DNA from: a virus
Lineage: Duplodnaviria > Caudoviricetes
Length of the DNA: 64,000 bases
Virus record (IMG/VR): IMGVR_UViG_3300033148_005588
Coordinates: 1-64,000 of that record
Reading direction: 5' to 3' (one strand)
Shown: positions 54,380 to 64,000 of the stretch, piece after piece
Layout of the letters: every line of letters starts with the position of its first letter
Numbering within the stretch: position 1 is the stretch's first letter
Notes under the pieces: generated by a model
The model's database searches: none
What the model was told of the DNA's origin: nothing
Seen by the model: the letters and a program-made list of their open reading frames with translations, nothing else
Program-made: the position numbers and the translations under genes

Positions 54380-55381
54380 TTAGCTGTAGTGGACAATACC
54401 ACAACGACCACTTTGGTCATGTCTGGTCTGTGGTACCTGAATGACCATCACCTTGAAGTTGATCTTCATTCCTCCCTCACTATCCCACTGGACTGTGGTG
54501 ATAGGCAAGCCATTCACCAAGCGAATAACGTCACTGGTCATTTGAACCAGCAAAACATTATCGTCGGTAAGCTTGTCAGCCACCTTGACATCCTGGATGT
54601 TAGAAATCCGCAGGATACGCTCTCTGATAGTGACATCGGAGTTGGCTTTAAAGTCATCATCCAACGTAGCCTCATAGTTCGTAGGTACATAAAGTACATA
54701 CGGCCCATAGGCTCTATCACTAATAGCAGCCTGCTTCATTGCGATAACATCCCCAAGGATGTCGCTGCCATCTTGGGCACTTTCATCCCAGTTTCCGGTC
54801 AGCGAGCCAGTATTCCGATTTGGCTCATCTGTATACCCGTAAATGGTACCACCACCAAAGGTGTATGTACTTGCTCCAGTAAAGAGAATTTCCTCTACCT
54901 TCTCAGCAACTTTACGGGCAGCCAGCTCTGCCATTGTAGTATCCAACGGCATATTGCCGCTGCGTGAGGCTTCAATTTCCCTTATAGAGAAAGAGAAGTC
55001 TTTGTGGATAATTGGCAAGGGCAGATAGCTGATGTCAAACTCAGGTCTATCCCTGCGTCCTTTAACCACACCATCCATATTCATCTCGGCATCCTCAATG
55101 TCGCTAGCATCCTGGTATCCTAGCACGGTCTTCCCTAAACCATTAGGAATGTCATAGGTCAGACCACGAGCTTCCAGGTCAGCCACACCAACAAGCCTCT
55201 CTTGGTAGGCTTTGAGAACAGCCTTATCAATAGCCTTCCATTCATCATAGAGCAAGACATCATTTGTCCTGAGAGCATTTACATTCAACTCGTTCTGAAG
55301 CAGCTTCTGAGCAACATTACCAAATGCCTTGCCTTTACCAAAGTTAACGAAATCAATGTTCGCTTCACCTTTGTGCTTCAT
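54380..55381 (-). CDS. major capsid protein (HK97 fold, encapsulin/linocin-like type)
   Basis: 333 aa after scaffold and decoration genes; EW..ID.AV, PLPIIH.DF..RE..ASR, GPY.LY motifs. Confidence 0.9.
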   Translation of the reverse strand: MKHKGEANIDFVNFGKGKAFGNVAQKLLQNELNVNALRTNDVLLYDEWKAIDKAVLKAYQERLVGVADLEARGLTYDIPNGLGKTVLGYQDASDIEDAEMNMDGVVKGRRDRPEFDISYLPLPIIHKDFSFSIREIEASRSGNMPLDTTMAELAARKVAEKVEEILFTGASTYTFGGGTIYGYTDEPNRNTGSLTGNWDESAQDGSDILGDVIAMKQAAISDRAYGPYVLYVPTNYEATLDDDFKANSDVTIRERILRISNIQDVKVADKLTDDNVLLVQMTSDVIRLVNGLPITTVQWDSEGGMKINFKVMVIQVPQTRHDQSGRCGIVHYS

Positions 55382-55442
55382 ATCATTCTTACCTCCTCTT
55401 CTTCTGTGCTATGTATTTGTAGTCAAAATGTCACACCCTATC

Positions 55443-55913
55443 CTACACAGCCACCGCCTTAATAAGCGCAGCCCCTTGTCCAGAGCTAGAAGCATTCAGA
55501 GCCTCAAGCGCTTGGGCCACTATGCGGTTTGTGTACTCTGTTCCAGTGTACGCTGAGCTTTCCACCGGAGCGGTGTGTTTTTGAAAGTAGCCATTCCCTT
55601 TGGATTCCAGAAAGTCTCCAAAAGAGATGTTCTCTCCATCAGCTACATAAGCTAGAAATTCATCACCAGGACGCAGATGCACAAACTGGCACCTGTCTCC
55701 AGCAGAGTAGCTGTCTCCAATTTCCTGGCCCTCAAGAGAGTTCTCAATAGCAACCATGGCGGTTGCGTTCCCCCCTTGAGTGCTGTGAGGTTGGATTGTG
55801 TCATCATCTGTCACATACTCCACAAGCATACCAGGATAAATGGTTTTCCCGGTGTTAACTTCTGCTTCTTTCTGCAGCGGATCACCTTTCAACACTATTG
55901 TTTTGTAGCTCAT
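55443..55913 (-). CDS. head decoration protein
   Basis: PG.LV..Y.AGD..GDFL.S.GNG pattern; between scaffold and MCP genes. Confidence 0.75.
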   Translation of the reverse strand: MSYKTIVLKGDPLQKEAEVNTGKTIYPGMLVEYVTDDDTIQPHSTQGGNATAMVAIENSLEGQEIGDSYSAGDRCQFVHLRPGDEFLAYVADGENISFGDFLESKGNGYFQKHTAPVESSAYTGTEYTNRIVAQALEALNASSSGQGAALIKAVAV

Positions 55914-55965
55914 ACTTCTGTTACCTCCTGTATATGTTTATTTGTTGCGTGTGTGCTCTTTTTGC

Positions 55966-58434
55966 CTACTGAAGATGGCTAAAGTCTGGCTTGCCATCTG
56001 GTGTCCATTTAGGCCTCGGTGGCTCAGGAACAGTCCCTTCCTCACCGCCCTCAGCCGCAGGCGGAGCACCAGCATTAGCAGAAAAGTCAACCGGCACTTT
56101 AGCCAGCTCTGCCAGAGCCTCTAAATCATCTATGCTCATTTGCTCTAGCTTCTCTTTAGAAAACTTGTTACGCTTGTTAGTCAAAATAGCCTTAACAAGC
56201 TGCTCTCGTTTCTGCCTGTGCATACGCAAACCGGCAGACAGCACCTCTTGTATCTCAGCAGGCGCATTGGCAATAAACTCATCCGGAGTTTGTGCCTTGG
56301 GCTCTGGTCCCTCTTGCTGTTGTTGCTGCTGAGGCTCTCCGGTGTCTGTCTGCACATTAGCATTAATATCACCACCATCGTCCCCGCTGCCAGGTTCATC
56401 ACCAGTAGTAGCAGCGGCAGCTTGCTCTGCAGCGGCTTTTGCCTTCTGAAGAGCAACCAGCTTCTCCAGCTGCTCTTCCTCCAGAGTTTTCAGCCACTCA
56501 ACGTCAGGCTCGCAAAAAGTACAATCTTCCTCGTTGGAGACTAGCTCCTTAATGAGTTCTTCTTTTCTGTCCATATTACTGTTTACCTCCTTCTTTGAAT
56601 TGCTCGTGTTTTGTTTAGCAGCAGCAGTAGCGCCATCGCCTTCTTCTCTGGCTCCTGCCTCACCACCGACACCATCTTCAGTAGGGACAGCATCACCACC
56701 ACCACTACCATCATCATCAGCAGACATCTCTTTATAGGTCACCTGGCGAACAACCTCAACAGGATCACCGGTGAAAGAAATCTCTCCTGTATCCTCGTTT
56801 TCAATAGTGTACTTCTGTTTGAAAAGTTTCACTTCTCCATTCTCATTCCTTGCCTCATAGACAAAGTAATCCTCAAACACTTCCAAAACCCAAGCATACA
56901 CTCCTTCATCAGACTTGTCCCCTACTATTTCTGCGAGGAGCAAGTCTTGGAGCTTCTGGCGCACTTGCTCAAAGCTCATCTCTTCTGCTACCCGCAAGCC
57001 AAGGGCACGGCCAAGTTGTTTGACAACATCAATTGCCACTTGGCTCGCTTTGCGCTTTTGTGGCTTGAGACTAGCCCCAAACTCCTTATTGAGCAAGGAG
57101 CGGGCTTTACTTTGAGCAGACTTGAGCGCAGAGGCTGGAATCTTTGCTTGAGCCCCTCGGCCACTAATCACCGCACGCAGCGCTCCCTCATTCAGCTTGT
57201 CTGTGCTAGGGTTGACCACAGGGAAAAAGATCAAGTCCCCTATGGTGTCTGCCTTCGGATCCCCAAGCAAGCTCTTAGAAGCAATCCAGCTCTTCATAGC
57301 TGCCGGAGCGTCTTGTACCCGCTTGGGTATCTCATCAGCATCAGAAGGCTTGCCACCTTTGTGCTTGTAGTAACCATCTCGGTAAGCGTCAAAGCTCTTA
57401 TCCACCTTGGCCCAAGATGTGCTCTCGGTGCCACTGTAGCTCGGAGTTCTGGCAGTGCTACGAATGTTTTCTACTACCAGATCACCACTCATCTCTCCCT
57501 CCTTTTCTCTTCCAGTTTTATTGGCTCTGAGGCCACAGCCATCTCCCCAGTTGCAAGCGCCCTCTGCGCCAGGCAACACCGCAAGATGGTCTGGCCTGTA
57601 AGCTCTAAGTATAGAGAAATACTCTTCTCCATTCCACTCCCCTTGAACAAGCTCTTCCTCCCCCCAAAGTCCCGTACTCACTTCTACTGGCTCTCCGTTG
57701 AGCACCATGTTTAGCAGCTCCGGAGCATGCTCCCTGAGGTGCTCAATATCAAACCACACCTCCCCCTTGAGGCGGGCTGCCTCTTGATCGTACTCCACAT
57801 TCCACACTCGCCCCAGATATTGCCTCTCGTGTACCTGAGGATCATTGCAAGAGATGGGCTCTCCGTGGGGGTCTTTCGGATGATTAAGAGAGACAGGTAT
57901 ACCATTCCATGCCTCCGGAAACGTGGCTAGTTCCTCGGCAGGATACAGTATTCTGTTATGAACCCCCTCAACAAGCATCACAACAGGGACAGCCAAGTGC
58001 GGCCTGTCCATCCATATTTCTTGCCTAGCTTTGTAAGCTCTGTTAATCAAACTGTACAATTTAAAGGTGGTTTCCATAGCTGTCATGTTCTCCTTTGCCT
58101 TACTTGCTGCTTTCTCAAAGCGCCCCTTCAGAGCGTGCTTCTTTATCCACGCTTTGGCCTTGGCGGGGTCGCGCCCCCAATACTTCACCGGAAACCGCAA
58201 AGCTTGCGCCACCGGAGGATCATCTTTGCCAGCCTTGCCCTTCAGCTTGCCCCAAATGACTGAGACGCTTTTAGGAATCCTGACTCCTTGCACCTTGGCT
58301 TTACCGCTGCCCTCTGTGCGGCGGAATGTGCCAGGAGCAAAGTCCCCTGGGTCTCTCAAACGCAACGAATGTTCATTGGGATAAGGATTGACTATGTAAG
58401 CGTTATTTCTCATTGTGCACTCCGTCCACGACAA
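55966..58434 (-). CDS. multidomain prohead protease/scaffold (DUF2213-like core)
   Basis: EGVHN..YPAEEL..W.G.PV..HP, VSTG, DHLA.LP..GAC..GCG; acidic scaffold-like C-terminus. Confidence 0.85.
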   Translation of the reverse strand: MSWTECTMRNNAYIVNPYPNEHSLRLRDPGDFAPGTFRRTEGSGKAKVQGVRIPKSVSVIWGKLKGKAGKDDPPVAQALRFPVKYWGRDPAKAKAWIKKHALKGRFEKAASKAKENMTAMETTFKLYSLINRAYKARQEIWMDRPHLAVPVVMLVEGVHNRILYPAEELATFPEAWNGIPVSLNHPKDPHGEPISCNDPQVHERQYLGRVWNVEYDQEAARLKGEVWFDIEHLREHAPELLNMVLNGEPVEVSTGLWGEEELVQGEWNGEEYFSILRAYRPDHLAVLPGAEGACNWGDGCGLRANKTGREKEGEMSGDLVVENIRSTARTPSYSGTESTSWAKVDKSFDAYRDGYYKHKGGKPSDADEIPKRVQDAPAAMKSWIASKSLLGDPKADTIGDLIFFPVVNPSTDKLNEGALRAVISGRGAQAKIPASALKSAQSKARSLLNKEFGASLKPQKRKASQVAIDVVKQLGRALGLRVAEEMSFEQVRQKLQDLLLAEIVGDKSDEGVYAWVLEVFEDYFVYEARNENGEVKLFKQKYTIENEDTGEISFTGDPVEVVRQVTYKEMSADDDGSGGGDAVPTEDGVGGEAGAREEGDGATAAAKQNTSNSKKEVNSNMDRKEELIKELVSNEEDCTFCEPDVEWLKTLEEEQLEKLVALQKAKAAAEQAAAATTGDEPGSGDDGGDINANVQTDTGEPQQQQQQEGPEPKAQTPDEFIANAPAEIQEVLSAGLRMHRQKREQLVKAILTNKRNKFSKEKLEQMSIDDLEALAELAKVPVDFSANAGAPPAAEGGEEGTVPEPPRPKWTPDGKPDFSHLQ

Positions 58435-58687
58435 ACACTGCCAGCTCTGCTTTGCCCTTCAGGGCATCCAGCAGATTGTCTATTGTGGCTTGTACTTCTT
58501 TGCTGGCTCCTTTTATATCTTCCAATTCCCTTATGAAAATCTCTGTAATAAGAGCAGCCCCCTTCTCCAAGAAGCCCTGAAGATTGTAGAGGTTGTGCCT
58601 ATCGGCAAACTGGCGCAACTGCCTCAAGCCGCCCACCGTGGCCAGCGGGGCAACATACCCTCCAACATCATATAAGTCGTAAGCCAT
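58403..58687 (-). CDS. hypothetical protein (possible immunity to MuF toxin)
   Basis: Small acidic ORF downstream of the MuF gene. Confidence 0.6.
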   Translation of the reverse strand: MAYDLYDVGGYVAPLATVGGLRQLRQFADRHNLYNLQGFLEKGAALITEIFIRELEDIKGASKEVQATIDNLLDALKGKAELAVFVVDGVHNEK

Positions 58688-58696
58688 CTCTACTAG

Positions 58697-58900
58697 CTAG
58701 TCTTCCTCCTCGTAGACAATGCTGTTCTTTTGCCCTTCAATAGGTTCCATATGGTCCTCATCTCCATAAGCAATGGCAACAGGTATACCACCAGGAAAGG
58801 CTTTGCATACAACCTTCTCCTCTTCCTCAGTCTCATTCGGTTGATAGATACCTATAAAATGTTTGCATCTCCTAGTAAAACATCTCGGCTCAACTAACAC
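58697..58900 (-). CDS. small Cys/His protein (possible immunity to MuF toxin)
   Basis: C....C.H...C.AFP.GIP..I..G..DH..P pattern immediately after the MuF gene. Confidence 0.7.
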   Translation of the reverse strand: MLVEPRCFTRRCKHFIGIYQPNETEEEEKVVCKAFPGGIPVAIAYGDEDHMEPIEGQKNSIVYEEED

Positions 58901-58918
58901 ACCCTTTCTCCTTTCCTA

Positions 58919-61147
58919 CTACTTCTTCAACGACGGCGCAACCTTCGTTTTAAAGAACTCCTCGACTTTCTTTGGAAGCTTCTTTTTCTTGTACAAAGGA
59001 GAAGTATAAGCAGCAAAGCACTCCGCAAAAGCCTCTTTCTCGTTGGCCGCAGCATACTTCGACACCATCCGAGCTATATCATCCTTCTCCTGGCTCCACA
59101 CTTCAGCCCAGTCTCGGAAGTAAAGGCCTCTGTGATACACATGATGACCATACTCGTGCCTAAACAAGGTACGCAGATCGGTCCCAACACTCCAGTTCCC
59201 TCCACTCATATGAAGAGTTGGTTTAGCTGGCTGCTTTGTGCCAAGAACAATCATTCTCTCATCAGGATAGTACCCTCCACGACTGTAACCATCTACAGTA
59301 AGCCATCTATCTTCATCCTTAAGCTGTAGCTTAAATAAAGGTCTATCCTTGACCTTGCCTAAGTCAAAGCTCTCTGTTATCCGATCCAGTTCATCAACCA
59401 ACTCTGCAGAGGCCTTCAAGGTGTTCTCTGTTGGTGCCAATATAGTGCCTCGCTTTGGATCAATATACTTGCGATCCCGAAACATCTCTGTTGCCTCTTC
59501 AATGCTCTTCGGCACGGAAACCTTCGGCGGTTTCTTCTTAACAGGTGGTAACGGGGCTTTCTTCCTAGGCACTTTCTTAACAACCTTCCCTTTCTCAACA
59601 ACAGCCTCTGCACCCTCCTCCAATACCTTGCTAAAGGTTTTCAGTTCTGGCACCTCGACCATGCCTTTCAGCCTAAAGCTGCCCACGCCTTCTCTGTAGT
59701 AAATCTTACCCACCCTGTCGTCAAACACCACTGTGTGCACTTTGGCCTTGGGAAACCTGGCAGCAAACGCTTTCTTGCGCCTCAGAGAGTCTGGATGCAT
59801 GGTAATCTTATTGTTCTTGCCTCTTACTATGGTCTTGACTTCTATGAGATGCCTGGGGTTTTTCTCTGTACCCACCACTACGTCAAACGGCTTATTGTCC
59901 CCGCTGGTTTTGCCCTTTACCACCTTGGCCAAGCGAGCCTCATTGGCCTCGGCCTGGCGCTGGATGTCTACTGTGGCTGGCTTGTGGCTGTCTTTTGCTC
60001 TTTTTATTCTTTGCCTCTGGGTAGCTGTGAGGCACTTAGCAGCAGCCAACACTATTACGTTGCTCTTGCTGAGGAGGAACTTTCCCGGGATCACCTCGCC
60101 ACAATCGGGCAAGTATCCATACGTACCACTAATGACCTCTGGTCCCTCTCGTGCCCATTGCTCATATGGGAGTGGAAGGAAACTGCATCTGCAATTTGGG
60201 TGCACTGGTATGAGTCCCTCTATCTCGTCAATACTGTATATGCCATTGTTCCGGCTGGCCAAACCCTCACATATAGGACAAACGTCAAACCCCGCAGTCA
60301 GCCACTCGGCCACAATGCGCACCCCCAGAACTCCTGCCGCTCTGGCCTCTGCCACATTGGCAGAGTGGTGGGCTCTGGTGATCTCTGTTCTGGCTAGTGT
60401 GCGTGCTCTTGTGCGTCCTATCTTCTTTACTCTGTCTGTCAGGGAGCGAGCAATCTGTAGCGGCGAGCGCCCCTCAACCAGCCCTTGCGCCAGAGTGCGA
60501 CTGATCTGCGCATCCATGGCTCTTGTGATTCCTTGCAAATCCCGGAATGTTCTTGTGTACAAAGCACCCACTCTGTCTGCGTGAAACGGCTGATTGAACG
60601 CTATGGCCATGTCCTGCTGAGGATCGGGAGAAAACTTTGGTATGTCGTAGCCTGCCTTGCGCAACTCTGCTCTGCTCTGTTGAATGCCCTTCTGGTAAGC
60701 AGAGCGCACAAACACATCTGACCAAGCCTCCTCCACACCCCTGATGGCGCCTGGGCGATGGGTCACTTCCAAAACGCTGCGCTGTTCCATTTCCTCCAGC
60801 CAATCCATAAACGCATCCACCTTATCAGCAGTTCTAGGAAAGTCAAACGCCCTCTCTCTCACCACTCTTAGGGCATCTTCCGGAGAGAGGGAAAACTTTG
60901 CAGCAGGAAGCTGGAGAGTGGTTATGTTCTCTGCTCCTCCCCCCAGCAGACCAAACACATCTTTGTCCACTATGGCTCTGTGTATCACGGTGGCGAGCCA
61001 ATTGAACCGCCGATTCACCTCAGCCAGAAACTGCCTGCGCAAGCCCATAGTGCGAGTGGGGTCCACCCTGCTCAGCACCGCCAGGCTCACCGCTGCCTCT
61101 GGTGGGTAAAAGACCTCTGCTGTGTTTAGGGCACTACTACTCTTCAT
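58919..61147 (-). CDS. MuF/SPP1 gp7 head morphogenesis protein with PD-(D/E)XK-like and HEXXH metallopeptidase extensions
   Basis: ARTE..RAH, C..C, P.HPNCRC; then E..PFDV..IEVK; then HEYGH and E.FAE.F. Confidence 0.88.
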   Translation of the reverse strand: MKSSSALNTAEVFYPPEAAVSLAVLSRVDPTRTMGLRRQFLAEVNRRFNWLATVIHRAIVDKDVFGLLGGGAENITTLQLPAAKFSLSPEDALRVVRERAFDFPRTADKVDAFMDWLEEMEQRSVLEVTHRPGAIRGVEEAWSDVFVRSAYQKGIQQSRAELRKAGYDIPKFSPDPQQDMAIAFNQPFHADRVGALYTRTFRDLQGITRAMDAQISRTLAQGLVEGRSPLQIARSLTDRVKKIGRTRARTLARTEITRAHHSANVAEARAAGVLGVRIVAEWLTAGFDVCPICEGLASRNNGIYSIDEIEGLIPVHPNCRCSFLPLPYEQWAREGPEVISGTYGYLPDCGEVIPGKFLLSKSNVIVLAAAKCLTATQRQRIKRAKDSHKPATVDIQRQAEANEARLAKVVKGKTSGDNKPFDVVVGTEKNPRHLIEVKTIVRGKNNKITMHPDSLRRKKAFAARFPKAKVHTVVFDDRVGKIYYREGVGSFRLKGMVEVPELKTFSKVLEEGAEAVVEKGKVVKKVPRKKAPLPPVKKKPPKVSVPKSIEEATEMFRDRKYIDPKRGTILAPTENTLKASAELVDELDRITESFDLGKVKDRPLFKLQLKDEDRWLTVDGYSRGGYYPDERMIVLGTKQPAKPTLHMSGGNWSVGTDLRTLFRHEYGHHVYHRGLYFRDWAEVWSQEKDDIARMVSKYAAANEKEAFAECFAAYTSPLYKKKKLPKKVEEFFKTKVAPSLKK

Positions 61148-62579
61148 TGTCCCCCGTCACCTCTTCCATCAAACCTCTGACCATCTCAGCCCTTTGCTCT
61201 ATCTCTTCCTTGGACCAGTGCAAATACTTCTCCAAGAACAGCTCCACCGGCATCACCAGCTCTGCCCCTGGGGCAGAGACAAACTTGGCTATTGCCTCGG
61301 CAGCCATACGAGCAATCTCCATTTGCTCCTTGGGAGTGAGCACCAACATACTAGGCCACTCAACAGAATACTCCTCTTCCTCGTCTCCCTTGGGCGGGGG
61401 CAGTACGCCCACTTCCACCAGCCTATCAATCAGCGGCCTCAGCAGCACTGCCTCTGCAAAATTCACACGGCGCTCGTCTATGCGCTCTTGCCATGCCCTC
61501 TCGTCCTGGCTACTGGCCAACTCCCCCCTCTCACTGCCTAAGAGAATGCGCTTGGGGATACGAGCACCGGCAGCAATCAACGTCACTAGCACATCCACGT
61601 GGTCAGCGGGGGAGGCCACTTGCGGTGCCAGCTCTTGCACATCTATGCCTTGGAGCCGTATGTAGCGACGCAGCTCATGCAAGTAGTCTTGAATCTCATC
61701 TTCCAAGTCGTCCAAGTCTTGAGTCTCCATAACTGCGTCTGGTTGTGCCTTAAAGGCATACCCAGGAAAACTCCCCCTCCAAAACATCTCTGCGCTGCCT
61801 CCGGAGACAAGCTCCAAGTCTTGAAGCCGATTGAGCACTGGCTCCAGCCGTGGCGTTCCATAAGTGTCGTTATCAACCAGCCCCTCCGCAACATGGATCA
61901 CTCTGGTGTGGTGTATGCGCAAATCTCTACTAACACCACCAGCGCCGCTGGCCACCACTTTGTACACTCTGGGCAAACCATAGCGTTCATTGCCCACGTC
62001 GTCTTCCCACTTGTCCACCTCTACAGAGCCCTGGCTGTAGGGGCGCAAGTAGAGCAGCTCTTTAGCCGACTCTACTGGGTTTTCCAGCTCCCGGAAACTG
62101 GACACATCATCAAATCCCAAGAGCAATATGCCAAACTGGCCTATGCCAGCCACAATGTCCATACGACGCAAATACGCATACACCTTGCGCTTGCGCACTA
62201 GCTGCCTCCACGCCTTCTCAAACTCCGTTTCCTCTTTCTCCCTCTCTACCACAGAGGGCAGCTTGCCCCATGTGGCCAAAGAGGCCGCTTCCACTATGGG
62301 CTTGGCTATGTCTTGGCGTTTGTAGCGTGCTGCGTACGAGCTGTAAGTAGGAGTTTGTTCATACCCAAGAGCCTCATACAAGTTTCGCTTTGCCCCTGTG
62401 CCGCTGCTTGACCAGTAGCTCTTGCCCAACTTGTCGGCCAAAGAGGCCCTTGATGCAATAGTGGATGCTAGGCTGAACAGTGCTCTGTCCAATCCCCTGT
62501 GTCCAAAAGAGATTATCCTCTTGTTGTTGCTGGTATCGGCTTTTTGTTTGCTGCTGGGTATTTTTGTTGTCGTAGCCAC
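61137..62579 (-). CDS. portal protein (DUF1073-type)
   Basis: 480 aa after terminase; YGLP..Y, IH.TRVIH, G.P.LE, IP.R.L.G..G.L.S..D. Confidence 0.9.
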   Translation of the reverse strand: MATTTKIPSSKQKADTSNNKRIISFGHRGLDRALFSLASTIASRASLADKLGKSYWSSSGTGAKRNLYEALGYEQTPTYSSYAARYKRQDIAKPIVEAASLATWGKLPSVVEREKEETEFEKAWRQLVRKRKVYAYLRRMDIVAGIGQFGILLLGFDDVSSFRELENPVESAKELLYLRPYSQGSVEVDKWEDDVGNERYGLPRVYKVVASGAGGVSRDLRIHHTRVIHVAEGLVDNDTYGTPRLEPVLNRLQDLELVSGGSAEMFWRGSFPGYAFKAQPDAVMETQDLDDLEDEIQDYLHELRRYIRLQGIDVQELAPQVASPADHVDVLVTLIAAGARIPKRILLGSERGELASSQDERAWQERIDERRVNFAEAVLLRPLIDRLVEVGVLPPPKGDEEEEYSVEWPSMLVLTPKEQMEIARMAAEAIAKFVSAPGAELVMPVELFLEKYLHWSKEEIEQRAEMVRGLMEEVTGDNEE

Positions 62580-62599
62580 GCTACCTCTCCTCCCTCTCC

Positions 62600-62872
62600 T
62601 TACTCCCTTAGTGTTCTAAAGTGCACCGTGGTGCCTGGAGTAACCTCTCCCTCAAATGGAGAAGCCCACTCCCTCCTCCTGCGCACCTTGTTGTGCCTGG
62701 GTGCCACCGCCACACCGGCAATCTCCCCCCTTGGGCGCCTGCGCCTTCTGCGCTCTGGAGTAAGACCTTCTTTGTCCCTGCCACAAAGTGGGCAAAGTTC
62801 TGAGCCTTCTACTTGCTTGTTGCACCTAACACAGAACCACACTGTGTGCTGCTGTGACACTACTTGTACCAC
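62600..62872 (-). CDS. small Zn-ribbon protein
   Basis: CVRC..CPLC; strong SD; start overlaps the upstream stop. Confidence 0.6.
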   Translation of the reverse strand: MVQVVSQQHTVWFCVRCNKQVEGSELCPLCGRDKEGLTPERRRRRRPRGEIAGVAVAPRHNKVRRRREWASPFEGEVTPGTTVHFRTLRE

Positions 62873-63297
62873 TATCTCTCCTCCTCCTCCTTAAGATAAG
62901 AGAGTGTATGACTCAGCGGAAGCAGTCGCGATATTTGGGCTCTCCCTGCCCAGCCACTTACACCCAATATGGTGTAGTTTTGGCTGGTCGCTTTCCCAAG
63001 GCAGTGGGCGAGCGATTTGTTCCGCCCAAGGTCTGCCCCCCTTGAGCTTTTTGTCGCTCCTGTATAGAGGTGTACCTGCTCTTGCTGAGCTCCCTCCAGA
63101 TTCATCCAGACACACACTACCTCTCTTCTCCCTGTAGACAGAGGCTCGTATCTCCGGCCAAAATACAAGCCCTCCCACAAAGAGAAAGAGAGAGTTAGCT
63201 TCCGGAGTGGTGTGGGTGGGGCTTGCTGGGCGTACAAGCTCACCGCCAGCACCGTTCCTCCAGAGGGACTTGCCAACCGATGGAAGTTCTGTATCAT
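62872..63297 (-). CDS. hypothetical protein
   Basis: ATGA overlap with the terminase stop and TAGTG overlap with the next start suggest translational coupling. Confidence 0.4.
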   Translation of the reverse strand: MIQNFHRLASPSGGTVLAVSLYAQQAPPTPLRKLTLSFSLWEGLYFGRRYEPLSTGRREVVCVWMNLEGAQQEQVHLYTGATKSSRGADLGRNKSLAHCLGKATSQNYTILGVSGWAGRAQISRLLPLSHTLSYLKEEEER

Positions 63298-64000
63298 TTG
63301 CCCCAAACTCCTGCCTTTTTCACCAGAGCCAACTTGTTGAATGCGCCAGCAGCAGCATCCACTTGGTCTTTGAAGCGGCTCATAGGAAAGTCCTCGTGCT
63401 CTTGGATAAAGCTAGCATTCCACTCTGCCCTCAAGAGCTTCACCTGGCCCTGGTTCACTTGTACAGAGTACGGCTCCGCCCTGGTTACCTTGTTCCCAGT
63501 GACTCTGTCTGCGTACACCTTGTACCCTGCCAACGATCTTATGGTGTTCTCGGCGCTTTCTTTGCCCCCCGAGCCACCCTCTTGCTCTACCCAAATAGTC
63601 ACATCCGCCCCGTCCAAAGATGCCGTCTGGCGTATGATAGCCTCCCGCTTGTCCCAAGACCATTGTCCCTTTCTTACATCAAGCACAGCAAACGATCCGT
63701 CCACCAGCTTTGCCATCTTGATTCCGGCGCTGCGTGCGCCTCCGCCCTCTGTGGCTGCCTTGTCCCAGTAGCGCACCACGCGCAACGGAGCACTAGGCGG
63801 AGCATCTATAATCTCAAAGCGCTCCACACGGAACATGCCCCCACCCCTGGGCTGTGGCCGTTGCTGATGCTGGCTAGCTACAGCATACTCTGTCATCTCG
63901 GCCTCTCTGGTGTCCAGCACCTCTTCAGGGAATTTCTCTGGCCAAAGGGGTTGCCCCACCTGTGTGCGCCAATCCCTAGGACATAAATGGGGATGGTCTG
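63294..64000 (-). CDS. terL: terminase large subunit, C-terminal nuclease part (runs off window)
   Basis: YWDKAAT, EQEGGSGGK, K.TRA.P, FP...KDQVDA; frame open to position 64000. Confidence 0.93.
   Translation of the reverse strand, partial: DHPHLCPRDWRTQVGQPLWPEKFPEEVLDTREAEMTEYAVASQHQQRPQPRGGGMFRVERFEIIDAPPSAPLRVVRYWDKAATEGGGARSAGIKMAKLVDGSFAVLDVRKGQWSWDKREAIIRQTASLDGADVTIWVEQEGGSGGKESAENTIRSLAGYKVYADRVTGNKVTRAEPYSVQVNQGQVKLLRAEWNASFIQEHEDFPMSRFKDQVDAAAGAFNKLALVKKAGVWGK

Noticed and set aside
56611-60584. Long plus-strand ORFs (56611..57714, 59733..60584; also 15765..16586)
   Set aside because: Antisense shadows of well-supported minus-strand genes, without motifs or RBSs.
61137-62579. Anti-CBASS (Acb1) label sometimes attached to DUF1073 proteins
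   Set aside because: Size and position between terminase and MuF indicate a portal; no phosphoesterase HxT motif pair was seen.
1-64000. tRNA/rRNA genes, inteins or introns, DGR/reverse transcriptase, stop-codon reassignment
   Set aside because: No such signatures were noticed by eye; DnaE, RecA and helicases are continuous and of normal size under the standard code. Dedicated scans were not run.

Overview
A 64-kb segment of a large tailed dsDNA phage (siphovirus-like: tail tube, G/T chaperones and tape measure, no sheath). All convincing genes are on the minus strand. In transcription order (right to left): terminase C-terminus, portal, a MuF head protein with two toxin-like domains plus two small genes, protease/scaffold, decoration protein, major capsid protein, an 8.7-kb glycosyltransferase/sulfotransferase/radical-SAM island, neck and tail genes, lysis genes, helicases/primase, about 1 kb of non-coding DNA, an array of small genes separated by seven copies of a ~105-bp hairpin+ribosome-binding-site cassette, a sigma-like gene, a putative DNA-modification cluster, a DnaE-UDG fusion polymerase, then recombination genes (UvsY-like, SSB, RecA, 5'-3' exonuclease, SbcC-like). 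The most interesting unexplained structure is regulatory. Eight genes share a near-identical RBS (AAAACAAGGAGGA). A candidate ~120-nt sRNA at ~25870-25990 has its own promoter and U-tract and displays the complement of that RBS in a hairpin loop. A second anti-RBS lies in the leader of the array. A 4-copy phage-type promoter motif, TTCTA-N3-TTTTGG-N2-TATAAT, links these parts. Family assignments come from motif recognition by eye; no database searches were run.
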